A stretch of 64,000 bases of DNA, taken from NCBI GenBank assembly GCA_963822965.1, contig CAWGJT010000006.1, positions 608,001 through 672,000 of the forward strand. Direction: 5' to 3'. Both the position numbers and the translations under genes were made by a program. Shown here one piece after another: positions 37,398 to 46,309 of this stretch. The DNA comes from an uncultured delta proteobacterium. GTDB taxonomy: Bacteria; Myxococcota_A; UBA9160; UBA4427. The notes beneath the pieces are model-generated. The model was not told the origin of the DNA. It saw only the letters and a list, made by a program, of their open reading frames with translations, and searched no databases. The number at the start of each line of letters is the position of its first letter. The first letter of the stretch is position 1.

Positions 37398-38624
37398 GTG
37401 TCCCCTTCCCGCTCGTCCGCTCCGGTGCCGGTCGTCTCCGCCCGGGACGCCCGCGGTCTCCTGCTGGGCGCACAGGGTCTCCTCGACGACCCGCGACGTA
37501 AGGCGACCCCTGCCGCCGCCGCCCGCCTGATCGATCGACTCGGCTTCGTGCAGCTCGATTCGATCAACGTCGTCGATCGCGGCCACCACCTGACCCTGGG
37601 TGCACGCCTCTACGGATACGACCCTCGTCACCTCGAGCACCTGCTCGAGCGCCGGCGGCAGCTCTTCGAGCACTGGACCCACGACGCCTCGGCGATCCCG
37701 GCCTGCTGGTACCCCCACTGGAAGCGACGCTTCCGCGCCTTCGCGCGAAGCCATCGCTACCGGCGGTGGATGAGCCAGCGTCTAGGGGGAGACCACCGGA
37801 AGGTCGTCGCCCACGTCCGCCGGCGCCTGCGCGACGAAGGCCCGCTGATGGCGAAGGACTTCGAAGCGCCTCCGGGCGTGAAGCGCGGGAGCTGGTGGGG
37901 CTGGACTCCCCAGAAGACCGCGCTCGAGCTCCTGTGGCACACGGGCGTGGTCGCGATCGCCGGGCGTCGCGACTTCCACAAAGTGTACGACCTGGCCGAA
38001 CGGGTGCTGCCCGAGCTGCACGTCCGGGCGACGCCGCGCGCCAGCGAGACCCTCGACTGGGCCTGCACGTCGGCCATCGATCGGCTGGGGATCGCCACCC
38101 CCGGCGAGATCGCGAGCTTCTGGCAGGCGGTGAGCGTGGGCGAGGCGACCGCCTGGTGCGCGCGCGCGGTTCGGGCCGGCCGCCTCGTGCCGGTCGCGGT
38201 TCGAGACGAGATCGACGGACGGCCCCGCCCGGCGCTGGCCCTGCCCGACTGGGAGCGCCGCCTCGCCCGGCTTCCGCCGCCGGTTGCGGGCCTGCGCCTG
38301 CTCGGCCCCTTCGACCCGGTGGTCCGCGACCGGCGTCGTCTTCTCCGGCGCTTCGGCTTCGACTACCGCTTCGAGGCCTTCGTGCCGGCCCCCAAACGCG
38401 TGTGGGGCTACTACGTCCTGCCCATCCTCGAGGGCGATCGCCTGGTGGGGCGTCTCGACCCGAAGCTCCACCGGGACCGCGAGGTCCTCGAGGTGAGACG
38501 CCTGCACTGGGAGCCCGGCGTGCGCCCCACGCCCCGGCGCCGCCGCGATCTCGAGGAGGCGCTCGGGGTGATCGCTCGGCGGGTCGGCGCCCGCACACTC
38601 GATGTGTCGTGGGGCTCGCGGTAA
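37398..38624 (+). CDS. YcaQ/AlkZ-family (HTH_42) crosslink-repair DNA glycosylase
   Basis: FVQLDSINVV (QxD), LFEHWTH, LGPFDPVVRDR, WGYYVLPIL.GDRLVGR.D. Confidence 0.9.
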   Translation: MSPSRSSAPVPVVSARDARGLLLGAQGLLDDPRRKATPAAAARLIDRLGFVQLDSINVVDRGHHLTLGARLYGYDPRHLEHLLERRRQLFEHWTHDASAIPACWYPHWKRRFRAFARSHRYRRWMSQRLGGDHRKVVAHVRRRLRDEGPLMAKDFEAPPGVKRGSWWGWTPQKTALELLWHTGVVAIAGRRDFHKVYDLAERVLPELHVRATPRASETLDWACTSAIDRLGIATPGEIASFWQAVSVGEATAWCARAVRAGRLVPVAVRDEIDGRPRPALALPDWERRLARLPPPVAGLRLLGPFDPVVRDRRRLLRRFGFDYRFEAFVPAPKRVWGYYVLPILEGDRLVGRLDPKLHRDREVLEVRRLHWEPGVRPTPRRRRDLEEALGVIARRVGARTLDVSWGSR

Positions 38625-38712
38625 CGGGAATCCGCAGGATTCCCCAGCTAGCAGGCCGACCCGAAAGGGGTCGGCTCGCGCCGCAACGAATCCCAGGGAT
38701 TCGTCAGCTAGC
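38623..38712. other. Three-hairpin intergenic element with duplicated hairpin+CAGCTAGC module
   Basis: GGGAATCC-GCA-GGATTCCC-CAGCTAGC; GCCGACCC-GAAAG-GGGTCGGC; ACGAATCC-CAG-GGATTCGT-CAGCTAGC. Confidence 0.7.
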
Positions 38713-38722
38713 CTCTGGCGCC

Positions 38723-39385
38723 ATGTCCGACGCCGACGACGGTACGATCCTGGGCGCCGACGGCGTGGCGCGCTGCTGGTGGGCCGGCCGCGACCCCCTC
38801 TACTGCGCCTACCACGACCGCGAGTGGGGCTACCCGGTGAAGGACGACCGGAGGCTCTTCGAGAAGCTATGCCTCGAGGGCTTCCAGGCCGGACTGGCGT
38901 GGATCACGATCCTCCGCAAGCGCGAGCACTTCCGCACCGCCTTCCGCAACTTCGAAGTGGACGCCGTCGCGCGCATGAACCGCCGCAGCGTGGAGCGGTT
39001 GCTGCGCGACCCCGGAATCGTGCGCCACCGGGGAAAGATCGAGTCCACCCTGAACAACGCGCGCCGCACGCGCGAGCTGGCGCGAAGCGAGGGCTCGCTG
39101 GCGGGCTTCGTGTGGCGCTTCGAGCCGGAGCTCGCGTCGCGACCCCGAAGGCTCACGCGAGCCACCTTCCGGACCCTCACCCAGTCGCCCGAATCGGTCG
39201 CCCTCTCGCGCGCCCTCAAGGACCACGGCTTCAGCTTCGTCGGCCCGACGACGAGCTACGCGTTCATGCAGGCCATGGGCCTGGTGAACGACCACGTCCA
39301 GGGCTGCGCGATCCGCGAGCGGGCGCGCGAAGCCCGGGCCCGCTTCCGGACGCCGCGCGCCGGGCGCCGGCGCGGTGCTCCGTGA
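38723..39385 (+). CDS. tag: DNA-3-methyladenine glycosylase I
   Basis: RC.W, YHDREWG, LCLEGFQAGLAWITILRKRE, FVGPTT.YAFMQAMGLVNDH..GC. Confidence 0.94.
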   Translation: MSDADDGTILGADGVARCWWAGRDPLYCAYHDREWGYPVKDDRRLFEKLCLEGFQAGLAWITILRKREHFRTAFRNFEVDAVARMNRRSVERLLRDPGIVRHRGKIESTLNNARRTRELARSEGSLAGFVWRFEPELASRPRRLTRATFRTLTQSPESVALSRALKDHGFSFVGPTTSYAFMQAMGLVNDHVQGCAIRERAREARARFRTPRAGRRRGAP

Positions 39386-42057
39386 GCCAGTCCCGCGTCG
39401 AGACGCGCATCGCCAACGGCCTGCGCCGCTGGGTGGCCGCGGTGGATCGGCGCGCGGGCCTGGTGTGCTGGGGGACGCTCGTCGTCACCGTGGCCCTCAC
39501 CGTGCACGCCGTCCTCTTCCTGGGGATCAACTCGGACAACATGAGCCTGATCCCCGAACGCCTGCCCTCCCACGACGCCTACGAGGAGTTCAAGTCGCTC
39601 TTCCCGACGCTCGACTCGGCGCTGCTGGTCGTGATCGACGCGCAGACGCCGGAGCTCTCCCGCAGCGCCGGCGAGCAACTCGAGGCGGCCCTGCACGAAC
39701 AGCCGGAGCACTTCACGCGGGTGTACGCGCCAGGAGGCGGCTCGTTCTTCGAGGAGCACGGGCTCCTCTACCGCCCGATTCCCGACCTCGAGAAGTTCGC
39801 CGACCAGATGGTGCGGATGCAGCCCGTGATGGCGGAGCTCGAGCGCGATCCGAGCCTGGCGCAGCTCGCCAAGATCGTAGAGCTCGCCCTGGACGACCTG
39901 CGCGAGAACGACACCGGCGCGAACGAGTGGTCCCTGGTCCTGGATCGGGTGAGCCAGGCCACCGTCGACCTGTGGCAGGACCCCTGGCTCCACACCTCGT
40001 GGGAAGAGATCCTGCTGCGGGGGTCGTCGATGGACGTGACGACGCGACGCGTCCTGGTCGCGACTCCCATCCTCGAGTTCGGCAGCGTCTTCGGAGCGGG
40101 GGACGCGATCGAGGCGATCTACGACGCCGCGAGGACCCGCGGGCTCGTGCCCGAGCGCGGCGTCCGGGTGCGGGTCACGGGCAATCCCGCGCTCAACTAC
40201 GAGGAGATGGTCGGCCTGATCTGGGACATCGGATCGGCGAGCCTCTTCTGCTTCGTGCTCGTCGCGGGCATCGTCTACGTCGCGGTCCGCTCGTTCCGGG
40301 TGATGCTCGCGGTCATCGCCACCCTGCTCGCCGGCCTGCTGTGGACCTCCTCGTACGCCGCCGCCTCCGTCGGCCACCTGAACCTCATCTCGATCTCGTT
40401 CGCGGTCCTCTTCATCGGCCTCGGCGTCGACTTCGGCATCCACCTGGGCATGAGCTACACCGCGCATCGGCGGCTGGGACGGGTTCACGAGGCTGCCCTC
40501 GATCACGCGATCGCGGACATCGGCGGCTCCCTGGTGCTCTGCGGCGTCACCACGGCCATCGGCTTCTTCGTCTTCGTTCCCACCGACTACCGGGGCATCG
40601 CCGAGCTGGGCTGGATCGCCACCGGGGGCATGGTCGTGATCGTCTTCCTCTTCGTGACGCTCTTTCCCGCGTTGCTGTCGTCCTGGCTGCGCGTCGGAGA
40701 GATCGCACCCGGCGCCGACGTGCACTTCCGCTACGCGTGGTGGCGTCCCTTCCAGCAGCATCCGACGGTCGTCCGGGTGGTCGCCGGGCTCGCGTTCGCG
40801 GGCAGCCTGGCGCTGCTCCCCGCGTCCCGCTTCGACCCCAACGTCGTCAACATGCGGGACGACGACACCATCTCGGTGCAGGCCTTCAACGACCTGCTCG
40901 ACGAGCCGAATACGGCCCCCTGGTACATCAACCTGGTCGAGCCGGATCTCGAGACGGCCCGGGACGCCGCGGAGCGCGTGCGCGAGCTGCCGACGGTGAG
41001 CCGCGCCTTCAGCCTCGCCGACTTCGTGCCCGACGAGCAGGACGAGAAGCTCGACATCCTCGCCGACGTCGCCATGCTCCTCGACGTGCCGGCCTCCCCC
41101 GGAGGCACGCCCGCAGCGGAGACCCTCTCCATCGACGAGCAGATCGCCGCCATCCGCAAGCTGCACGACTTCTTCGGCCGCTCCTGGATGCAGGAGAAGC
41201 ACTCGGTCCTGGCCGCCAGCATCCGCAAGCTGCGGGGCCATCTGGGGGACTTCCTCGCGCGTGTGGAGCGCGAAGGCAACGCCCGCGAGGCGATCGCCTC
41301 CCTGGAGAGCATCCTGTTCGCGAACCTGCCCGAGCAGATCGAGCGCATGCGACGCGCGGTCGAGACGGGCCCGGTCGACTTCGAGGACCTGCCCGCGGAG
41401 CTCGTCGACCGCATGCAGGCGCCCGACGGACGGTCCCGGGTGCAGATCTTCCCCGAGCAGGATCTCGAGGACCTGGTGGAGATGAAGGCCTTCGTGCGGG
41501 ACGTGCAGGGGGTGGCGCCCGGCGCGACGAGCGTCGTCGTGAACCTCGTCGAGTTCGGGGACGTCACGGTCCGGTCCTTCGCCCAGGCCGTCGTCTCGGC
41601 GGCGTTGCTGATCGCCGTGCTGCTCTTCGTGATCTGGCGGGACCCGCTGGACGTGGTCCTGGCCATGTCCCCGCTGGTGCTGAGCGCCGTGCTCACGGGC
41701 GCCTTCATGGTGCTGATGCGCCTGCCCTTCGACTTCACCAACGTGATCGTGATCCCGCTGGTGTTCGGGATCGGCGTCGACAGCGGCATCCACCTGGTGC
41801 ACCGCTGGAAGGCCCGGGTCCCGCCGCACGAGGGCCTCCTCGGCACGACCACGGCGCGGGCGGTCTTCTACAGCGCGCTGACGACGACGGCGAGCTTCGG
41901 AAGCCTGGCCTTCTCGGGCCACAACGGCATGAGCGCCCTGGGCCAGATGCTGACCGCGGGGATGGTCTTCACCGTGATCTGCAACCTGGTGGTGCTCCCC
42001 GCACTCCTCGACCTGCGCCGGCGACCGCAGGGGGATGAAGCCGCCGCGAGCGGCTGA
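39382..42057 (+). CDS. MMPL/RND family transporter, HpnN-like
   Basis: FFEEHGLLY, GHLNLISISFAVLFIGLGVDFGIH, GIGVDSGIH, SALTTTASFGSL; GTGA overlap with tag. Confidence 0.85.
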   Translation: MSQSRVETRIANGLRRWVAAVDRRAGLVCWGTLVVTVALTVHAVLFLGINSDNMSLIPERLPSHDAYEEFKSLFPTLDSALLVVIDAQTPELSRSAGEQLEAALHEQPEHFTRVYAPGGGSFFEEHGLLYRPIPDLEKFADQMVRMQPVMAELERDPSLAQLAKIVELALDDLRENDTGANEWSLVLDRVSQATVDLWQDPWLHTSWEEILLRGSSMDVTTRRVLVATPILEFGSVFGAGDAIEAIYDAARTRGLVPERGVRVRVTGNPALNYEEMVGLIWDIGSASLFCFVLVAGIVYVAVRSFRVMLAVIATLLAGLLWTSSYAAASVGHLNLISISFAVLFIGLGVDFGIHLGMSYTAHRRLGRVHEAALDHAIADIGGSLVLCGVTTAIGFFVFVPTDYRGIAELGWIATGGMVVIVFLFVTLFPALLSSWLRVGEIAPGADVHFRYAWWRPFQQHPTVVRVVAGLAFAGSLALLPASRFDPNVVNMRDDDTISVQAFNDLLDEPNTAPWYINLVEPDLETARDAAERVRELPTVSRAFSLADFVPDEQDEKLDILADVAMLLDVPASPGGTPAAETLSIDEQIAAIRKLHDFFGRSWMQEKHSVLAASIRKLRGHLGDFLARVEREGNAREAIASLESILFANLPEQIERMRRAVETGPVDFEDLPAELVDRMQAPDGRSRVQIFPEQDLEDLVEMKAFVRDVQGVAPGATSVVVNLVEFGDVTVRSFAQAVVSAALLIAVLLFVIWRDPLDVVLAMSPLVLSAVLTGAFMVLMRLPFDFTNVIVIPLVFGIGVDSGIHLVHRWKARVPPHEGLLGTTTARAVFYSALTTTASFGSLAFSGHNGMSALGQMLTAGMVFTVICNLVVLPALLDLRRRPQGDEAAASG

Positions 42058-42094
42058 TCCCCGAGCTCGCGGACGAAGGCCGAAGAACCGCCGA

Positions 42095-42724
42095 TCAGGC
42101 GCGATGCGAAAGCAGCGCCGCGATGGTCTCGACACCGCGCCGGCGCTGCTCGTTGGCCGCCTCGCTCGGGTCGAAGAGGGACAGGACGAGCACCCCGTCC
42201 AGCATGCTGACGAGGCCGGCCGCCGCCGCACCGGGGTCCGCGTCGGGCGGAAGCATCTCGGCCAGCGTCTCGCTCAGGACCCCCGCGAAGCGCTGATGCA
42301 GATCGAGGAGCAGGCCCACCACCCACTCGCGGAGCGCCGGCGTCTCCACGACCCAGTGCAGGAAGGCCTGGATCACCACCTGGTGCTCGCTCACCATGTT
42401 CTGGTAGCTGCCCACCTGCTCGATCAACCGCTTGGCGGGGGCGAGGTCGTCGAGGTCGCGCTCGAGGGACTCCCGAAACGGGCGCACCAGGAACGAGAAC
42501 ACCTCACGGAAGAGGCCCGCCTTGTCGCTGAAGTGCCAGAAGACGGTGGCGCGGCTCACCCCGGCGTGATCGGCGACGTCGGCGATGGTGGTGCGGTCGA
42601 ACCCGCGCTCGACGAAGAGCCCGGCCGCAGCAACCAGAATACGCTGCTGGGTCGCGGCCTTCCCGCGCAGGGGCTCGCCGTCGGGGGAGGCAATCTCGTG
42701 AGGCGTTGTCCGCTCGATCGCCAT
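42095..42724 (-). CDS. TetR/AcrR family transcriptional regulator
   Basis: ILVAAAGLFVERGFDRTTIADVADHAGVSRATVFWHF HTH. Confidence 0.9.
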   Translation of the reverse strand: MAIERTTPHEIASPDGEPLRGKAATQQRILVAAAGLFVERGFDRTTIADVADHAGVSRATVFWHFSDKAGLFREVFSFLVRPFRESLERDLDDLAPAKRLIEQVGSYQNMVSEHQVVIQAFLHWVVETPALREWVVGLLLDLHQRFAGVLSETLAEMLPPDADPGAAAAGLVSMLDGVLVLSLFDPSEAANEQRRRGVETIAALLSHRA

Positions 42725-42891
42725 CCGCTCCCCCCCTCCGCCCCGCAGCCGCCCCGGACGCCGGCTCGCCCCCAGGGTGCACGGACCGCGAGTGTCGGAC
42801 CCGCGAGCGGCCCGGGCAACCCCCACCGCTGACCGAACGGGGTCCGCGGGTCCGATCCCGGGCGCCGGCGTCCCGCGCGGCACGCCGGCGC

Positions 42892-43686
42892 TCAGCCGAT
42901 GCGGGCGCTCTGTCCGCCGTCCACGGGAAGGATCACGCCGGTGACGAACTTCGCCTCGTCCGAGTGCAGGAACAGCGACGCGTAGGCCACGTCCCAGGCG
43001 GTGCCCATGCGGGCGCCGAGGGGCACCTGGGCGTCGCGCGCACGGGACAGCTCCACGGGATCGACGCCCCGGGCGGCGGCGATGCCCTGGATGGCCATGG
43101 GCGTGTCCATCAGCCCCGGCATCACGGCGTTCACGCGGATCCCGTAGCGCGCGTTGCCCATCGCCAGGGAGTGGGTGAAGGCATTGAGTCCGGCCTTCGA
43201 GACCTTGTAGGCGACGATGCCCACGCTGCAGACCGCCGCCACCGAGGAGATGTTGACGATGCTGCCGGAGCCCTGCTCCCGCATCACGGGAAGCACGTGC
43301 TTGCACGTGAGGAAGCAGCCCTTCAGGTTCACGTCCAGGATGCGATCCCAGTCCTTCTCCTCGAGGCGGGTGGGCCCCGCGTCGCCCCCGCCGATCCCGA
43401 CGTTGTTGTGCAGCAGGTCGATGCGACCGAAGCGCTCGACGCAGGCGGCCGCGAGATCCCGGCACTGGGGCTCCCGCGTGATGTCGGCCTCGAACGCGAA
43501 GCCCTCGCCGCCCTCGTCCTCGATCATCTTCTGGGTCTCGCGCGCCGAATCGATCCGGCGGTCCACGAGCATCACCCGCGCACCCTCTCGCGCCAGCAGC
43601 AACGCGGTGGCGCGTCCGTTCCCGATGGTGTCGCCCGGGGTCTGGCCCGCGCCGACCACGATCGCCACCTTGCCCGCGACCCTCAC
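42892..43686 (-). CDS. Short-chain dehydrogenase/reductase
   Basis: GAGQTPGDTIGNG, LHNNVGI, NISS, YKVSK, PVDGG. Confidence 0.9.
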   Translation of the reverse strand: MRVAGKVAIVVGAGQTPGDTIGNGRATALLLAREGARVMLVDRRIDSARETQKMIEDEGGEGFAFEADITREPQCRDLAAACVERFGRIDLLHNNVGIGGGDAGPTRLEEKDWDRILDVNLKGCFLTCKHVLPVMREQGSGSIVNISSVAAVCSVGIVAYKVSKAGLNAFTHSLAMGNARYGIRVNAVMPGLMDTPMAIQGIAAARGVDPVELSRARDAQVPLGARMGTAWDVAYASLFLHSDEAKFVTGVILPVDGGQSARIG

Positions 43687-44240
43687 CGGGGGAAGCCCTC
43701 GACGCCCGCGTCGAGCTGCACGCCCAGCGTGTTGAGCGCCATGGAGACCAGGTTGTACTGCCCGACGGTGAAGACGAGGTCGATCAGCTGTTGGGTGTCG
43801 TAGCGCGCGGAGAGCGCCTTCCAGGTGGCGTCACCGATCATGGCGTCGGCGTGCAGCTCGTCCACCGCCCGCAGGAGGGTGGCTTCGAAGGGGTCCCAGC
43901 CCGGCGCGTCCGGCCCCGCGGTCACGCGCCGGATCTCCTCGTCGTCGATCCCGAGGCCGCGGCTGATCACGACGTGCTGTCCCCACTCGTACTCGGCGCG
44001 GCACAGCCAGCCGATCCGCAGGATCGCGAGCTCGCGTTCTCGCGGCGACAGGGTGTTCTTCCCGAGCACGTGGTTGCCGAAGACGAGCCACCGCTTGAGC
44101 AGCTTGGGATGTCGGGCGAGCGTGGCGAAGATGTTGAGCACGCGTCCCCCGGCGCGCATGAGACCGCCGAGCAGCTCGCGCGTCTCGTCGTCCCACTCGG
44201 ATTCGGGCAGGGGGGACACGCGGGGTTCGCTGAGTCGCAT
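43683..44240 (-). CDS. Carboxymuconolactone decarboxylase/AhpD-like protein
   Basis: LNIFATLARHP, RERELAILR, YEWGQH, LVFTVGQY. Confidence 0.85.
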   Translation of the reverse strand: MRLSEPRVSPLPESEWDDETRELLGGLMRAGGRVLNIFATLARHPKLLKRWLVFGNHVLGKNTLSPRERELAILRIGWLCRAEYEWGQHVVISRGLGIDDEEIRRVTAGPDAPGWDPFEATLLRAVDELHADAMIGDATWKALSARYDTQQLIDLVFTVGQYNLVSMALNTLGVQLDAGVEGFPR

Positions 44241-44334
44241 GATCGGTTCTCCTCGGAGGTCGGCCCGGGACCCGGCGGGGAGCTGCGCCGGAAGCTCGAG
44301 CAGGGGAAACAGGAAGCGTTCGCGCCGCCCAACG

Positions 44335-44982
44335 CTACCGAAGACCCGGGCCCTCCCGCGCGAGCGCCTCCGCCAGGGCCGCCAGGAGCTCTCCCTCCAC
44401 CCGGTTCGTCGAGCGGGGCGCCAGACCCGGGGGCTCCGGGGGCTCGGCTTCCACGTCGAGACGCAGCTCCACCCGCGTGCCGCCCGCGACAGGCTCCAGC
44501 CGGGCGTGGACGGTGCCTTCCAGCCGATAGCGCCGCGGATCGAGCACGAGACGCCGGTCCTCGACGACCTCGGTCACCTGGGACGTGACCCGACCGTTGC
44601 GCACGACGCACTCGTTGCAGCGATAGTCCAGGGGCGAGTAGCTGCGATAGGACCGCAGCGTACGGGTCACCACCTTGCGCAGCTGCCCGAGGTCGACGGC
44701 CCCGGCCGCCGCGTCGGCGCTCGCCCACGGCAGGGCCGCGGTCAGACGATCTTCCGGCGCCGCGGGCTCCTGGAAGCGCGCGCCCCGTGCCGCGAGCACG
44801 TTCTCGAGCACGGTCGCCACCCGCGCGGCAGGCGCTTCGAACACACGCGCGGGCGGTGGGAGGCCGGGCGGCGGCTCGTAGGATTCCCGCGTGAACTCGC
44901 GAATGCGCGTCCCCGCGCACGCCGTCAGCACGAGGAGCGAGAGGACGAGGCAGCGGGCGAGGGGACGGGCGTTTGCGACCAC
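44335..44982 (-). CDS. Hypothetical lipoprotein
   Basis: Lipobox LTAC after a hydrophobic stretch; contains CNEC. Confidence 0.6.
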   Translation of the reverse strand: MVANARPLARCLVLSLLVLTACAGTRIREFTRESYEPPPGLPPPARVFEAPAARVATVLENVLAARGARFQEPAAPEDRLTAALPWASADAAAGAVDLGQLRKVVTRTLRSYRSYSPLDYRCNECVVRNGRVTSQVTEVVEDRRLVLDPRRYRLEGTVHARLEPVAGGTRVELRLDVEAEPPEPPGLAPRSTNRVEGELLAALAEALAREGPGLR

Positions 44983-45025
44983 GGCCGGATCCTATCCGAA
45001 ACCCATGCGGTAGACTCCGTGGCGC

Positions 45026-46297
45026 ATGGAGCGGGCCGACGTCCTGATCGCCGGGGGCGGCATCATCGGCACCAGCGTGGCCTGGGCGCTCGCGCGGCGC
45101 GGCGTCCGCGGCGTGTGGGTCGTCGATCTCGACCTCGCAGGCCTCTACGCCTCTTCCGAGCTGAACGCAGGCGGAGCCCGTGCCACCTGGTGGCAGCCGG
45201 TCAACATCGCGACCTGCGCGGCCACTCTCGACTTCTTCCGCGAGCATCGGGACGAGTTCGGATTCCGCGAGTGCGGCTATCTCTGGCTCTACGATGACCC
45301 GCAGCTCTTCGAGCGCGCAGGCACCGCGATGCGCCTGCAGAACGGCTTCGGCCTCGGGGTCGAGCGGCTCGACGTGCCGTCGCTCGCCGAGCGGTTCCCG
45401 ATCGTCGACCGGAGGCTCGGGGAGCTGGTGGGCGCCACCCACTCGCCCCGGGACGGGCTCATCAACCCGAACGCCGTCCGGCGCTGGTACCGCCGCGAGG
45501 CGGAGCGGCTCGGCGTCCGCTTCCTCGATCGCCACTACGTGTCGGGCGTCGCGACGCGCCGGCTTCCGGGCAGCCGGCGGGCCGTCGCGGGCGTCGACGT
45601 GGTGGAGATCCGGTCCGGCGATCCCACCGACGACCGCGGCGTGATCCAGGACATCCTGACCCGACACCGCATTCCGGCCGGCGAGGCCGTGGAGCAGATC
45701 GCGGTGGCTTGCGACGTCGTCGTCAACTGCCTGGGTGCCTGGTCACCGGTCTTCTCCGCCAAGATCGGGGTGGCCGACGTCACCGAGCCGGTTCGCCGCC
45801 AGATCGCGCTCGTAGACGTGCACGCCCAGGACGTTCCGTCCGGTGTGGACCTGGCCGGCGGCGGCATGATCGTCGACGCCAGCGACCTCTACTTCCATCC
45901 GGAGGGCGCGCACGTGCTGGCGGGATACTCGATTCCCGACGAGCCGCCGGGCTTCGACTTCGGCTACGACGGACACGAATTCTTCGAGAACGAGATCTGG
46001 CCCCGGCTGGCACACCGCTGCAGCACCTTCGAGCGCTGCGGTCACGTGCGTGGATGGGCGGGCCTGTATGCCGTGACCCCGGATCGCAGCGGGATCGCGG
46101 GCGCCGTCACTGGCTTCACGAACCTCTTCGAGGCGCACTCCTTCACGGGGCGCGGGGTGATGCAGTCCTACGGCATCGGGACGGCCCTGGCGGAGCTGAT
46201 CGACGGCGGGCGGACCCGGGACCTGGACATCGCTCCCCTCTCGCGCGACCGCTTCGGCGACCGGGCCCGCTGGGTGACCGAGGACCTCCACATCTGA
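45026..46297 (+). CDS. FAD-dependent oxidoreductase (DAO/sarcosine oxidase beta-like)
   Basis: IAGGGIIG, ASS.LNAGGAR, GYLWL, WAGLYAVTPD, FTGRGVMQS. Confidence 0.88.
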   Translation: MERADVLIAGGGIIGTSVAWALARRGVRGVWVVDLDLAGLYASSELNAGGARATWWQPVNIATCAATLDFFREHRDEFGFRECGYLWLYDDPQLFERAGTAMRLQNGFGLGVERLDVPSLAERFPIVDRRLGELVGATHSPRDGLINPNAVRRWYRREAERLGVRFLDRHYVSGVATRRLPGSRRAVAGVDVVEIRSGDPTDDRGVIQDILTRHRIPAGEAVEQIAVACDVVVNCLGAWSPVFSAKIGVADVTEPVRRQIALVDVHAQDVPSGVDLAGGGMIVDASDLYFHPEGAHVLAGYSIPDEPPGFDFGYDGHEFFENEIWPRLAHRCSTFERCGHVRGWAGLYAVTPDRSGIAGAVTGFTNLFEAHSFTGRGVMQSYGIGTALAELIDGGRTRDLDIAPLSRDRFGDRARWVTEDLHI

Positions 46298-46309
46298 TAT
46301 CACCCCGCC

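Noticed and set aside
38623..38712. Hammerhead ribozyme on the minus strand (CTGACGA present)
   Set aside because: No GAAA core follows the putative stem II and stems I/III cannot be formed.
38602..42057. 1151-aa ORF as a Tag-MMPL fusion
   Set aside because: tag is in a different frame; the MMPL gene starts at GTG 39382.
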